From NCBI GenBank assembly GCA_966128725.1, contig CBHYLN010000007.1:1031-65030 (forward strand): a DNA stretch of 64,000 nucleotides, written 5' to 3'. The notes beneath the pieces are model-generated. The model was not told the DNA's origin, did not search any database, and worked only from the letters and a program-made list of their open reading frames with translations. Each line of letters begins with the position of its first letter. The stretch's first letter is position 1. This document shows, piece after piece, positions 40,854 through 52,087 of the stretch. The stretch is from an uncultured bacterium. Lineage in GTDB: Bacteria > Bacteroidota > Ignavibacteria > OLB7. A program made the position numbers and the translations under genes.

Positions 40854-41598
40854 GGTTGGGTTCCTATCCTGTGTCCGTACTGCTCGGCGCAGGAGCAGCC
40901 TGTGTGTCTGTGAAATGGGGTTGTTGGCCTGCACGCACGGGGCGTCCTGATTCGTATCAAGGCGCCTTGGCCTCAGGCCTGGCGTACGCGGCTCAAAGAT
41001 ACTGAACCATGTGCTACCCTGGCGGTGGGATCACCGATCAAGGATTGGCAATCCTGAATCGATGATCCTTGATTGCCAGCAATGACTCGATGTCGAACTC
41101 GGTTGAGGGTGTTTTCGCCGCGATCCTGTGTGTCGGTTCCGTGCACGTGCGTTTGGGGGATCGCGCCGTTTGTTTTATACTGCGACCCATGCGCGCCTGC
41201 CTCCTGTGCAAACGGGGTCGGTAAGCGTGTTTTTTTGCGTCGATAGGCCGGTTGGTGTGGCCAACGATGCAATTGCCCCCCACATTCCACCCCCTTGGAA
41301 TCCACGGCGGCACGAGAGCAGAACTCCTTCGAAAACTTTTTTTTTCGAAGCCGCTAACAAAAGCGTGACCCCTGGTGTTAGGTGGCCACGTTGGGGTTCC
41401 TCGTCCCCGGCTCGCAACGAGAATCTTCTTGACTTTCACGTGGATTTTCGCGAATCTCGTGGCCTTGCGCTCACACGTGAGCCCCGAGAAAGTCATCTGC
41501 GGCGTCGAAAACATGGCACTAGGTCCGTGTTTTGATGCCTTATGTTGTCCATACAACACTGATCGATACATCCAGCTAACCTTCAAACCTTAACAGGA

Positions 41599-44500
41599 GT
41601 GCAGCAAATGCGAAGGGTTCTTCTACTTCTCTGCGCGCTTGCCCTCGCTATCCCGGCTGCCACGGCATATGCCGGCGGTGGTGGTGAGGACGGTCAAGGC
41701 GACAGCCCTGAACCGCTCCGTCGAAGCGTGGACCCGGGATCATATCCTGGGGGTCCGGCTGCAAAGGCCCCGTTGTCAACGGGGTACTATGTGACGGATA
41801 ACGATGCGCCTCAGACGGGCCCACCTTGGGCACCGAACTATTCATTTGTCGACACCACCGGAACTGAGCTTCAGTTCTGGCATCGTGTCATCTCAGGCCC
41901 CAATCAGCGCGCCGCGTCGTACTGGACACGACCGGAGAGCGAGGGGTACGAGTACTTCCGCAATCCGAACAACGCGAACGACTCGTCGGACAACGCGTTT
42001 GCCGGCCCGATCTCGATCGGATTCCCGTTCTATTATTACGGCCGCAGGTACGACAGCTTCTACGTGTCGACCAACGGTCTTATCGCGCTTTCGAACCGTC
42101 GTTACCAGTATAACGAGAACGGTGTGCGCGTGGACTATGCAGGCCAGTTCGACGACGTTCGTCCGAAGACCGGTAACCCGCTTACCGACCCGACGCCCGA
42201 TGACTATGGTTATCAGTACGTCGCGCTGAACAACAGCACCTCGCCAACCGCGGGTATCCTTAATCCCTCGAACACGACACTTCCGAATCCGAACCTCCGC
42301 TCGGTCATCTCTCCGCTGTGGGACGATACCGAGTTGTCGCAGTTCGATCCGATCTCGGTGATCCCGGACGATTTCGGTCGTCTGTACTGGCGTCGTGATC
42401 AGGGTGGCCAGCGCCTGATCATCTATATGGTGAATCAGTCGATGAAGGGGAACAAGAACATTCCGCTTCTGAACACGGTCGCCGGCACCACGCCGCGCTC
42501 GTTGCGCGCCAACTATCAGGTTGTGCTTGATCGCACCGACAGCTCCATTCAGTTCAACTACGTCACGTTCCGTGGTGTGTGGACCGAGCCGCTCTCGCTG
42601 GTGATCAACGTTCCGGCCAACATCATGTTCGCCGCCAACGCAACCATCGGTATCCAGAGCCACGATCAGGAGTTCACCAACTACTTGGCGAACTATCAGT
42701 TCGGTGGCGCGGTGTATGTCAACGGTAACCCGTTCGGCACGCCGCACAACGCGCTTGCAATCAAGTTCAAGCAGTGGAAGAACATCGTCCGCGTGTTGAG
42801 CGTCAACTTCCAGGTCCCCAGCCAGTTCGTGCCGGGCGCCTTTGTTGACCTGCCACCGGGACAGGATGCGAACAACTACGAGCTTCTGCTCGGTAACGCG
42901 CTCCTCGGTGTTATCCGCCCGGTCGGTACGGTTCAGAACGTTTCGAGCAACGTTGGCCCGGTGAACATCACGCCGCAGCCGATCCGCTTCAACGTCGTGT
43001 TCCGTATTCGTGACCTGGTGAACGTTGCCAACCCGCCGGTCTACCAGCGGACGCGCAGCACCGATTCGCTTTGGCCGATCGACGGTTCCGGCCCGACGCG
43101 CCCGGACAAGATGACGATCGTGTTCGATCCGTACATCACCAATGCAAACGTTCCGCGTCAGACCGGCCGGTTCCGCGCCGAGGTGATCGCATTGGATCAG
43201 GCCCCGAATGGTGCGACCTATGGTCAGGAATGGCCGTTTGACGATACCACGGGCGTTCGCATGTTCGGCATCAAGCGCCTTGAGGCTCCGTTCATCAACT
43301 CCTTCAGCGACTTCGATGTGTCGCCTGAGGACGGTACGATTCCGTCGGTACACCAGTGGGTGGCCATCGGCGCATCGGTTGTTGACGGTGAAGCCAACTG
43401 CTACAACCCGCCGCCGCCGCGTGGTCCTGCCGGGCCTGCGCTGCAGCAGCTGAACTCGCCGGTCTGCTTGCTTGACCGTCGCGACGCTGCCGGTGGTTTC
43501 TACAACAACAATGCCCCGGGCGTGCTCGGCGGTGATACGCTTATCTCGTTCCCGATCAACCTGAGCCAGACAGTGGTCAACCCGATCCTGCTGCTCTCGT
43601 ATCAGCGTGCGGGCCGTCAGCAGAACGGCTATCCGCGTGGCTTCAGCGACAACCAGCGCGTTGGTCCTGAGCATGCGGTATACAACACCGTCAAGGATCG
43701 TATCCTTGCCGACGGTGTTCCCGACAAGTTGATGGTTGAATTCGCGGCTCCGAGCCAGGACGGCATCAGCGGCATCGTGAACATCCAGAGCGGATGGCGC
43801 GATGCGACCTTCAATCAGAATAACGACCGCATCAAGTGGGGAACGACCTCGCCACGCTGGGGTGTCTTCGGCGGCGGCGGTGGTTCGGGCACCGACACCA
43901 CCGGCAAGGTTCTGGTTGACGAGTTCGACGCCGGTAAGGATTTCGAGTTCTATCGTGCCTATATGCCGGTTCCGAGCAAGTGGGCACGTGCCAACCCGGG
44001 CAACAAGACCTTCCGCTTCCGCATTCGTGCCGAAGTGAAGATGGACGGTAACCCGATTGGCTCGCCAGCCGACGACGGCGACAACTTCTACGTGGACAAC
44101 GTGATGTTGGTTGAGCCGGATAAGCCAGAGGTTGAAATCACGGCGGTCCGTGTGGATTGGCCGTACACCGAGGCTCCGGCCTCGCAGGCCCGTGCAATTC
44201 CGTTGTCGGTCAAGATCGGCAACAACGGCGCAACGGCAGCCACCACGTTTGGTGTTGCCATGTACGTCGAGAATCGTACGGCTCCGCCTCCTCCAGGCTT
44301 CTACAGCTACTATCGCTATCAGTCGATCATCTCGGTGCCGGCTGGCCGCGATCGCGTGGAGAACTTCCCGACCTGGAACGCACAGGACTGCGGTGCTATC
44401 ATTCGTGTTACACCGACGTCGCAGCCGACCACGACGGACTACCGCATCTATGCGCGAGTTCTTCCGCAGAACTACGACTCGTACAGCCCGAACGACGTCA

Positions 44501-45900
44501 GCTACACCGACCTGAAGTTGAAGCTTGGCCCAACGTTCGCGTACGACGATGGAAGCAACGACGTGCAGAACTTCGCGCAGCTGGTGGGCAAGGGCTTGAA
44601 CCTGATCCCGCCGACCAACCAGGATGGCCAGGGCGCCTCGCCGTTCGGTCCTCAGGGTGGTTCCAGCTCGGGTACGTTCGCAATGCAGTTCCGGATCCTG
44701 ACGCGCGACACCGTTCGCGGGTTCCAGGCCTTCTTCGGAGCCGCCAACCAGTCGCAGGACAACATCCTGTACTCGATCTACAAGCAGCCTGCCGGTACGA
44801 ACGTGAACAATCCGCCTTCCGGTCAGCCGGTGGCCGTTACCCGTGCGTACGCGCAGCGTGGTGAGGGTCTGGTGGACTTCCCGGTCCCCGGAAAGCGCTA
44901 CTACTTCGACCAGTATGTGACGTACTTGCTCGACACTGCCTACGTGGTTGAGCCGGGCATCTACTTCGCGACGGTTGCACAGCTTGGTCAGACGGGTCTG
45001 GAGCTTGGCGGTGACGCCAGCCGTCAGGCTCAGATTACCACGATTGCTTCGCCGGGCCCGCCTCTGGGCGTTGGTAACTACAGCATCGCCGCTCATCCGG
45101 AGATGCGCCAGAATCGCTTCTGGTACGAAGTGACCACGGAGTCCGGCGGCTGGAATCCGATGTTGACGCTGACGAACAACCCTGGATATCCGCACCTCAA
45201 CTACACTGGTCAGGTGCAGATCATCAACACGTACACGCGTGGCTCGTGGATCCCGATGATCCGCCCGTACTTCGGGTACAAGGAGAGCAATGCGTGCGTG
45301 GTTGAGCCGGTTGAGCTGTCGGCCTTCAACCTCACTGAACTGTCCGACGCACTTCGTCTGGACTGGACGACCTCGACCGAGATCAACAACCATGGCTTCA
45401 CGGTGGAGCGCCGCGTAAAGGGTGCCGCCGAGTCGTGGCAGGATCTCGCCTTCCAGCAGGGTGCTGGCACGACCAACCAGGTGCAGAAGTATGCGTACAC
45501 GGATCGCTCGGTGGAGCGCGACGTAACGTACCAGTATCGTCTGCGCCAGGAGGATCGTGATGGATCGGTGAACTACAGCGGTGTTAAGGAAGGCCGGATC
45601 AACGGCGCCACCGCGGGCAACGGTGCCAACGCTCTCTCGCAGAACGTACCGAACCCGGTGACGAACGAAACCAAGATCGGCTTCACGGTTGCTGAATCGC
45701 AGACGGTGACTCTTGAGATCACCGACGTGTACGGTGCGGTTGTCCGCAGCTACACGGTTGATGCGGTCAGCGGACACGACAACTCCGTGACGTGGGATGG
45801 TCAGGACGCCAATGGTGTCCGCGTGGCCAACGGTGCATATATCTACAAGCTTATCGGCAACGGCTTCACCGTCGCCAAGAAGCTCACGGTTACGCACTAA
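41599..45900 (+). CDS. Large (1433 aa) secreted T9SS-sorted surface protein
   Basis: AGGAG RBS; signal peptide; PISIGFPFYYYG..YVSTNG (nidogen-like) segment; PVEL..F..W.T..E..N.GF.VER..Y.YRL.Q.D.DG region; SQNVPNP..WDG.D..G..VANGAYIY C-terminal domain. Confidence 0.88.
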   Translation: MQQMRRVLLLLCALALAIPAATAYAGGGGEDGQGDSPEPLRRSVDPGSYPGGPAAKAPLSTGYYVTDNDAPQTGPPWAPNYSFVDTTGTELQFWHRVISGPNQRAASYWTRPESEGYEYFRNPNNANDSSDNAFAGPISIGFPFYYYGRRYDSFYVSTNGLIALSNRRYQYNENGVRVDYAGQFDDVRPKTGNPLTDPTPDDYGYQYVALNNSTSPTAGILNPSNTTLPNPNLRSVISPLWDDTELSQFDPISVIPDDFGRLYWRRDQGGQRLIIYMVNQSMKGNKNIPLLNTVAGTTPRSLRANYQVVLDRTDSSIQFNYVTFRGVWTEPLSLVINVPANIMFAANATIGIQSHDQEFTNYLANYQFGGAVYVNGNPFGTPHNALAIKFKQWKNIVRVLSVNFQVPSQFVPGAFVDLPPGQDANNYELLLGNALLGVIRPVGTVQNVSSNVGPVNITPQPIRFNVVFRIRDLVNVANPPVYQRTRSTDSLWPIDGSGPTRPDKMTIVFDPYITNANVPRQTGRFRAEVIALDQAPNGATYGQEWPFDDTTGVRMFGIKRLEAPFINSFSDFDVSPEDGTIPSVHQWVAIGASVVDGEANCYNPPPPRGPAGPALQQLNSPVCLLDRRDAAGGFYNNNAPGVLGGDTLISFPINLSQTVVNPILLLSYQRAGRQQNGYPRGFSDNQRVGPEHAVYNTVKDRILADGVPDKLMVEFAAPSQDGISGIVNIQSGWRDATFNQNNDRIKWGTTSPRWGVFGGGGGSGTDTTGKVLVDEFDAGKDFEFYRAYMPVPSKWARANPGNKTFRFRIRAEVKMDGNPIGSPADDGDNFYVDNVMLVEPDKPEVEITAVRVDWPYTEAPASQARAIPLSVKIGNNGATAATTFGVAMYVENRTAPPPPGFYSYYRYQSIISVPAGRDRVENFPTWNAQDCGAIIRVTPTSQPTTTDYRIYARVLPQNYDSYSPNDVSYTDLKLKLGPTFAYDDGSNDVQNFAQLVGKGLNLIPPTNQDGQGASPFGPQGGSSSGTFAMQFRILTRDTVRGFQAFFGAANQSQDNILYSIYKQPAGTNVNNPPSGQPVAVTRAYAQRGEGLVDFPVPGKRYYFDQYVTYLLDTAYVVEPGIYFATVAQLGQTGLELGGDASRQAQITTIASPGPPLGVGNYSIAAHPEMRQNRFWYEVTTESGGWNPMLTLTNNPGYPHLNYTGQVQIINTYTRGSWIPMIRPYFGYKESNACVVEPVELSAFNLTELSDALRLDWTTSTEINNHGFTVERRVKGAAESWQDLAFQQGAGTTNQVQKYAYTDRSVERDVTYQYRLRQEDRDGSVNYSGVKEGRINGATAGNGANALSQNVPNPVTNETKIGFTVAESQTVTLEITDVYGAVVRSYTVDAVSGHDNSVTWDGQDANGVRVANGAYIYKLIGNGFTVAKKLTVTH

Positions 45901-45953
45901 TTCCGATCCATTCCCTACGTGCCCAGCAATGGGTTAACGCAGGATGACGATAG

Positions 45954-45997
45954 CAAAGCCCCCTCGAACTGTATGGTTCGAGGGGGCTTTGTATTTT
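45954..45997 (+). terminator. Intrinsic terminator
   Basis: Perfect 16-bp stem CAAAGCCCCCTCGAAC/GTTCGAGGGGGCTTTG followed by TATTTT. Confidence 0.9.
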
Positions 45998-46091
45998 GGC
46001 CACCCAATCCACGGCATTGCCTCGGGGCCTGCGGTTGCCGTTATCAAATGACACAGCCCGTGCGTCGCACGAGCGGTATCATTGCGCCATT

Positions 46092-46769
46092 ATGACAACG
46101 CACAGCGTACACGCAACAGAAAGGGAAGCACCTGCGGGACCCGTTCGCGTGGCGGTATTTGCCTCGGGGCGGGGCTCCACGTTTGCAGCGATCACACGAG
46201 TGCTTGCCACAGCAAAGCCTCCGCTGGCAACCATTGTGCTCTGTGTAAGCAATAACCCGAACCCCGGCGCGTTCGATATTGCCCGGCAGGCCGGCATCGA
46301 AACCGTCCGGCTGTCGCCGAGAATGTTTGAGGATGAATCCACGTATGCAACGGCACTTGCCGGGCTTCTGAAGGAGCGAGGCGTGGAGCTGGTGGTGTTG
46401 GCCGGGTATATGCGCCAGCTCCCGGCTTCAATCGTTGGGGCCTACCGTGGCCGTATCCTCAATATTCACCCGGCGTTGCTGCCGAAGTTTGGTGGCAAGG
46501 GCATGTACGGAATGCATGTCCACGAGGCGGTTATCGCTGCTGGTGAAGTCGAAAGCGGGCCAACGGTCCACCTCGTGGATGAGGAGTACGATACCGGGCC
46601 GATTGTAGCGCAGAGTCGGGTGCCGGTTCTTGCCGGCGATACACCGCAGGCGCTTGCCGATCGCGTGCTTGCCGAGGAACATATCCTGTATCCGCGCGTG
46701 GTGCTCGAGATGTCCGCGCGCCTGGCAGCCCAACGCACTGGCAACAGCACGGACGGTTCGTCAGTTTGA
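46092..46769 (+). CDS. purN: Phosphoribosylglycinamide formyltransferase
   Basis: AVFASGRGS, LAGYMR, NIHPALLPKFGG.GMYG, TVHLVDEEYDTGPI. Confidence 0.95.
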   Translation: MTTHSVHATEREAPAGPVRVAVFASGRGSTFAAITRVLATAKPPLATIVLCVSNNPNPGAFDIARQAGIETVRLSPRMFEDESTYATALAGLLKERGVELVVLAGYMRQLPASIVGAYRGRILNIHPALLPKFGGKGMYGMHVHEAVIAAGEVESGPTVHLVDEEYDTGPIVAQSRVPVLAGDTPQALADRVLAEEHILYPRVVLEMSARLAAQRTGNSTDGSSV

Positions 46770-46806
46770 AACGCTTGGATTTTCCCTTACTTGAATCCCA
46801 ACAACC

Positions 46807-47184
46807 ATGACTCAACTTGAGACCTTCGCGAATCCGAAGCCGGACCGCGATTACACGATAACGCATGTGAACCCTGAGTTCACATCCGTGTGCCCGATGA
46901 CGGGGCTGCCCGATTTTGGGACGATCACAATCGAATACGTGCCGGATCAGCTCTGTGTGGAGCTGAAGTCGTTGAAGTACTACTTCCTGGAGTTCCGTAA
47001 CCGCGGCATCTTTTATGAAGCGGTGGTAAACGCAATCCTCGACGACATGGTACAGGCGATGCAGCCACACTATGTGAAGGTAACCGGCGAATTCGGCACG
47101 CGCGGTGGCATCAATTCCACTGTAACTGCCGAATACGACGCGCTTGAGGAGGAGTGGCTGGCCGGGGAGGACGAAGACGAGTGA
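46807..47184 (+). CDS. queF: NADPH-dependent preQ0 reductase (type I)
   Basis: EFTSVCPMTGLPDF, VELKSLKYY, RGGI. Confidence 0.95.
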   Translation: MTQLETFANPKPDRDYTITHVNPEFTSVCPMTGLPDFGTITIEYVPDQLCVELKSLKYYFLEFRNRGIFYEAVVNAILDDMVQAMQPHYVKVTGEFGTRGGINSTVTAEYDALEEEWLAGEDEDE

Positions 47185-47627
47185 TGAGCGACCAGCAGGC
47201 CGACGTGTTGCGTATTGCCAAGGACTTCCACTGGGAGATGGGGCACCGGCTGCCGTTCCATGAAGGGGGCTGCCGCAATCTTCATGGCCATTCCTATCGC
47301 ATGCAGGTAGTGATTGAAGGTGTGCTGGACTCACACGGCATGGTGCTCGATTATTTCGATCTGAAGGAAATCGTGCAGCCGCTTGTCGATCGCCTGGATC
47401 ACGCATTCCTGTGCGATGCCGGCGATGCCGAAATGCTTGCCTTCTTTCAGGCACATCCGCTCAAGCACGAGGTGGTGCCGTTCCTGACCACCGCCGAGAA
47501 CCTTACCGGTTGGTTCGCGGCAGGGATCGCCGAATTGCTCCGACCATATCCCAATCTCCGAAGCCTGACAGTGCGCGTGCACGAAACCGAACGCACGTAC
47601 GCCGAGCGTTCTCGTTCGCTGGTATAA
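47184..47627 (+). CDS. queD: 6-carboxytetrahydropterin synthase
   Basis: HRL..H.G.C.NLHGHSY, LDH, TTAEN, HET; TGATG overlap with queF. Confidence 0.93.
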   Translation: MSDQQADVLRIAKDFHWEMGHRLPFHEGGCRNLHGHSYRMQVVIEGVLDSHGMVLDYFDLKEIVQPLVDRLDHAFLCDAGDAEMLAFFQAHPLKHEVVPFLTTAENLTGWFAAGIAELLRPYPNLRSLTVRVHETERTYAERSRSLV

Positions 47628-47712
47628 CCCTTGATCCGATCCGCCCAACATCGAACGCGGCGCCAGCTCGCATGCACGATGCGTGACCTTCCGAACATTG
47701 CTCTGCTTTCCG

Positions 47713-48414
47713 ATGGGACTTCTCTCTCCAGCCAGTGATCCGATGCGTGCCGTGGTGTTGATGAGCGGCGGCATGGATAGCTGTGTGGTTGCGGCAATGC
47801 TCCGCGACGCGGGCTACGAGCTGAACGCATTACACACCAACTACGGGCAGCGAACCGAACGGAAGGAGTTGCAGTGTTTTCATGCTCAGGCGGACTACTA
47901 CCAGGCAGCGCGGCGCCTGGTGGTGGATATAAGCCACCTGGCGGCCATCGGCGGCTCCAGCCTTACCGATCGCTCGATCGCCGTTGCGCCGGCGGAGCTT
48001 GACACCGACCAGATCCCCGCCACCTATGTGCCGTTCCGGAATGCCAATATCCTGGCGATCGCCGCAAGCTGGGCCGAGACAATTGGCGCCGGCACCATCG
48101 CCATCGGCGCGGTGGAGGAGGACTCCAGCGGTTACCCGGATTGCCGTCGCGTGTTCTACGATGCCTTCGAGACGGTGATCGACCTTGGCACCCGTCCGGA
48201 AACCCGGATCGTGATTCGCACACCTGTTATCGAGATGTCGAAAGCGGAGATCGTGGCAACAGGCGTTAGGCTTGATGCGCCGCTTCATCTGTCGTGGTCG
48301 TGTTATTCCGAGGAAAGCGTTGCATGCGGCGAGTGCGATAGTTGCGCGCTCCGGCTTCGAGGGTTCCAGCGTGCCGGCCTGCGCGATCCATTGCCCTACG
48401 CCGGCGGCTCCTGA
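47713..48414 (+). CDS. queC: 7-cyano-7-deazaguanine synthase
   Basis: [39 protein letters not shown]. Confidence 0.96.
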   Translation: MGLLSPASDPMRAVVLMSGGMDSCVVAAMLRDAGYELNALHTNYGQRTERKELQCFHAQADYYQAARRLVVDISHLAAIGGSSLTDRSIAVAPAELDTDQIPATYVPFRNANILAIAASWAETIGAGTIAIGAVEEDSSGYPDCRRVFYDAFETVIDLGTRPETRIVIRTPVIEMSKAEIVATGVRLDAPLHLSWSCYSEESVACGECDSCALRLRGFQRAGLRDPLPYAGGS

Positions 48415-48646
48415 GCTCGACGTTGCCGGACGAAGCATCGTGGAATCCACGTGGTGGCCGGTGTCAGTCGTTACGGCGTGCTGGCCTATGCTGGCGTGTT
48501 GGAAGGCGGCGCATACCGCACCGCATCCATCGGTGATACGGTGAACAAGGCGCGGCCACTCCGCGCGGCAGGCAACCGAATCCCCGAGCCGGCTGCATGG
48601 TGGACAACGTTGGGCAAGGCTCACAAGGCCCGGACCATTCTCTTGC

Positions 48647-51600
48647 CTATGCCGGCACCGATCCGCCGCCAACGCGGCAAACGGCATGGTACTCGCAGCC
48701 ACGGCATACGATGTTTACATCGTGGGTGGTTACACGGAATTCGCCCTGGGCAATCTGCTCAACGTAGTCCACCGCTTTCGTGAACAACGTCCCTACAAGC
48801 TCCACCAGATCCTCCACCGTTTCCGGATCGCTTCGAAGCGATCGCATCTGCATCAGATCGTTCTTCACCTCGTTCGGCACAAACAGGGCGCGTGTTTCGG
48901 CTTCCACACGCCGCGCATCCAGCCGATAGTAGATGCCGCCAACAGGCTTGACGTTCTCAACCGGCAGCCCGTACCGTGCGGCAAGCATGTGCCGAATCAC
49001 TTCAAGGTAAATCATCAATTGCAGGCTTGTGCCGTCGCGGATATCCGTGCGCGATGGGGGCTGCCCGGTCTTGTAATCGGCCACCACGAAATAGATCTCG
49101 TCACCGCTTCGATAGATCTCCACACGATCCACCTTCCCACGCACGCGCAGGTCGTGGATCTCCATGGCCGCGTCGCTGGACAGCTCCGCGTCGCGGGCGC
49201 CGGCATTCCCCCGACCTCCGAAGCTGACCTCGAAGAACTCCGGGGTAAGCTTCGATTTCTCGCTATCGGTACGTTCCGCGTCGGCGTTGATCCAATGTTC
49301 CAGAAGGCCGTCGAGCGCCTCCGAGCCAAGGATCCGCTCCTGATCGATTCGCCAGTACGGGTGATCGAATACGATGCCGGCAATCTCCTCGCGGGCAAGC
49401 TCACGCGCCCGTTCCAACACCTGGTGGGTTTGCTCGCCGGTGATCGGGAGTTGGGCGGAATCACGCAGTTCGGTATAGAGCCTGAAGAGCACACTGTGCA
49501 GCAGCAGGCCGCGCTCAAGCGGTGTAAGCGAAACATCGAAGCTGGCCGGCGCAACCGCGCCCACCACACGCCGCGCGAAGAACTTGAATGGGCATCGTGC
49601 GTACAGCTCAAGCTGCGACGGTGAATATTCCTGTGTGCGGCGCCGGGCAAGCGTCTCGCGCTCCTCAGCGGTCAGTGCGGCGCCAATCGATCCCATGAAT
49701 TCGGCTGCATCCCCTCGTTCCCTGGAACGCTCCACGCCAACGGTGTGGCGCAGGTTCTGGAGCATGTGCGAGGCATCGGCAATGCCCGGTACCTCGCCAT
49801 CGTTCCACAGGGCCACGCCGGCCTCCTCGGCCAATGCATCGGGCGTGGCGATTGGCGCCAGGAATGCGATGCGCTCCGGGTGCGCGTTGCCGCGGCGGAT
49901 GCGGTCGCGTACGGTGCGCAGCTCATCGATCTCGACAACGCGCCCTCGTTGTTCCAGTGTAGTAATACGCAGCAATGCATCCAGGAACGAAGAACGTACG
50001 TGTGCGGAGTTCCCGGCAAACCGGGGATACGTAAGCACGAGGCGACGTGTGCACGAGGTTACGGCCGTATAAAACTGCACGCGCTCGCGTCGGAGCTGGC
50101 GATCCTGCGCATCGGGAAGCGGTTTGCCAAGAAACGTTTCCGGGATGTATGTGCTCGGGAATTCGCCATCGACCAGCCCGCAGACAATCACGACATCGAA
50201 CTCGAGACCCTGCATTGCCGATATCGGCGCCACCAGCACCCCGTAATCGTGTTTCTCGCGCAGTCGGTACGGGGCCGTTGTTGCGGCCGCACGCAAGTTG
50301 TCGATGTAGAATTCAAGCGGATAACGCACCGGTTCGGGAACCTCGCCTTCGGCGGCCTTGTGCGCCGGCGGCATGGTGAATCCCGCGGCCGCGCCAACCT
50401 CGAAGAACTCGGTCATCTCGTCGAGCAGGCGCATGAATGCCGCCAGCGCACGGGTGTCGTGCTCCAGCTCATCGTGCACGCGTTGATAATCGTGTGGTGC
50501 GCGCGCGCGCGCGTTCAACTGGTCGCGAAGCGCAAGCGTATTGCGGGGCGTTTGAAGCACGGCCACCAGGCGCAATAACTCCGAGCGAAACTCCGTGGGT
50601 GTCATCCGCCTGTCGAACGGCGCCAGCAGCGTTTCCAGGGCATTGAAGCTGGCAAGGGCGCGTTCCAGTGTCTCCAGCTCCAGTGTTACCGACCGGCGAT
50701 CGTCGTCGTCGTCGATCACGGCCATGCGCGGGCGCAGATACTCGATACGCTGTTGCAGGCGGCGTGCCCAGGCCAGGCGACCTCGTTGAATGCGCAGGCG
50801 TGCCGATGCCTCGGCCAGTGCCGGGGCGTCCACTGCGGGGCCGAACGTGAGATACGGCGAGGTAATGGCCCGCATAACGTCGCGCCGATCGTAGCTGCCG
50901 GCCGGGATTGCCAGCGTTGCAAGGATTGACGTCAGCAACGAATTGCGGCTCAACTTCTGAGGCGTTGTAAGCATTGCCGGGATGCCGTGCTCGGCAAGAT
51001 GTTCGCGCAACGCGTCGCTGTAGCGATCAATGCCAAATGTGGTGATGCAGATCCGCTCCGGCGCTATTCCGTCATCGATGACGATGCTTTTCACCAGTGC
51101 GGCAATACCCTGTGCTTCCTCCTCGCGGTTGAAGAAACCGAACACATCCATCAAATGGTCGAACGAGTCGTTTTCGATACGGTCGTCGGTTCGGAACAGG
51201 TTCTTCCGCATGTGGTGCCGGAATGGGCGCCGTTCTTCTTCCGGGATGTCGGTTGCAAGCGGGTCGAGATCCAGCGAGCGGAATCCGGCCGTTGTCAGCT
51301 TTGCATATGTCTCTTCAAAGTTGCCGTACAGCGGACCGTTTTCCTTGGCATAGTCGAAATAGACCATCACGTTCAGGCCGTCAACCATCCCAAGCTGAGC
51401 CAACATCGCAATCTGCGGCTGCGTGAACTCCGAGAACTCGTTAACCAGCAGCGTATGTGTGTTCGGGAAGGCACGCCGGAATGCAGCGTTCATGTCGCGG
51501 AACAGCGCGGTGTTCACGTGCGCAGTGCGCCCGGCCGCGTCTATCCAACGGGTGTTCAGCAAACGCAGGTATTCGCTGTAGATGTTGTGAAGGTCCCGCA

Positions 51601-52087
51601 GCTTCACGATGTCGTAGGCGGTGTTGTCGCGATGGGCCTCGGCGTATTCGATGTCCTTGTCGAACTCCGACGGCATGATGCCATCGGCGCGTACACCGCT
51701 GATCACGCGGTAGATCCGTTCTACAACGCCAAGCGACGGCTCGCTCCCCTCCCGACCGTAGTACTCCAGGCTGACGCGTTGCATCGCCGTGCGCATAAGC
51801 GCCAGACCAACCTCCGGCGTTACGTCGCGACGGTCGGACTCAAGCCCGCGATAGAACTGCGCGATAAATCCATCGAAGCTGTGCAATGGTATGTTCTCCA
51901 TTGGCAGCCCGGATGTTGTGCTGAACTCGTGAACGAGCTTTCGCTCGGTTTCGCGAATCATCCTGGAGCCCGGGAGCAGGAAGAGATAGCGGTGGAGATC
52001 GCCGCCACGCGCGGCGCCAAGCACGACCTCGTCGAAGTTGAGCGAGCTGAACTCCGGTTGCGATGTGTTGTATAATAGTATCGGCAC
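48647..52087 (-). CDS. addB: AddB/RexB-like protein with C-terminal PD-(D/E)XK nuclease
   Basis: YSPSQLELYARCPF, G.LLH..L, RGKVDRVE, VADYKTG, LQL.IY, C-terminal CRGCEYHAVC (Fe-S staple). Confidence 0.85.
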   Translation of the reverse strand: MPILLYNTSQPEFSSLNFDEVVLGAARGGDLHRYLFLLPGSRMIRETERKLVHEFSTTSGLPMENIPLHSFDGFIAQFYRGLESDRRDVTPEVGLALMRTAMQRVSLEYYGREGSEPSLGVVERIYRVISGVRADGIMPSEFDKDIEYAEAHRDNTAYDIVKLRDLHNIYSEYLRLLNTRWIDAAGRTAHVNTALFRDMNAAFRRAFPNTHTLLVNEFSEFTQPQIAMLAQLGMVDGLNVMVYFDYAKENGPLYGNFEETYAKLTTAGFRSLDLDPLATDIPEEERRPFRHHMRKNLFRTDDRIENDSFDHLMDVFGFFNREEEAQGIAALVKSIVIDDGIAPERICITTFGIDRYSDALREHLAEHGIPAMLTTPQKLSRNSLLTSILATLAIPAGSYDRRDVMRAITSPYLTFGPAVDAPALAEASARLRIQRGRLAWARRLQQRIEYLRPRMAVIDDDDDRRSVTLELETLERALASFNALETLLAPFDRRMTPTEFRSELLRLVAVLQTPRNTLALRDQLNARARAPHDYQRVHDELEHDTRALAAFMRLLDEMTEFFEVGAAAGFTMPPAHKAAEGEVPEPVRYPLEFYIDNLRAAATTAPYRLREKHDYGVLVAPISAMQGLEFDVVIVCGLVDGEFPSTYIPETFLGKPLPDAQDRQLRRERVQFYTAVTSCTRRLVLTYPRFAGNSAHVRSSFLDALLRITTLEQRGRVVEIDELRTVRDRIRRGNAHPERIAFLAPIATPDALAEEAGVALWNDGEVPGIADASHMLQNLRHTVGVERSRERGDAAEFMGSIGAALTAEERETLARRRTQEYSPSQLELYARCPFKFFARRVVGAVAPASFDVSLTPLERGLLLHSVLFRLYTELRDSAQLPITGEQTHQVLERARELAREEIAGIVFDHPYWRIDQERILGSEALDGLLEHWINADAERTDSEKSKLTPEFFEVSFGGRGNAGARDAELSSDAAMEIHDLRVRGKVDRVEIYRSGDEIYFVVADYKTGQPPSRTDIRDGTSLQLMIYLEVIRHMLAARYGLPVENVKPVGGIYYRLDARRVEAETRALFVPNEVKNDLMQMRSLRSDPETVEDLVELVGTLFTKAVDYVEQIAQGEFRVTTHDVNIVCRGCEYHAVCRVGGGSVPA

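Noticed and set aside
41893-45897. Long antisense ORFs (1334 aa here; also 5445-7628, 35122-37614, 19576-21285)
   Set aside because: Shadow frames of GC-rich, codon-biased real genes on the opposite strand
46750-46806. Possible preQ1 riboswitch before queF
   Set aside because: The gap is only about 37 nt; no preQ1-I stem with A-rich tail and no recognisable class II/III pattern
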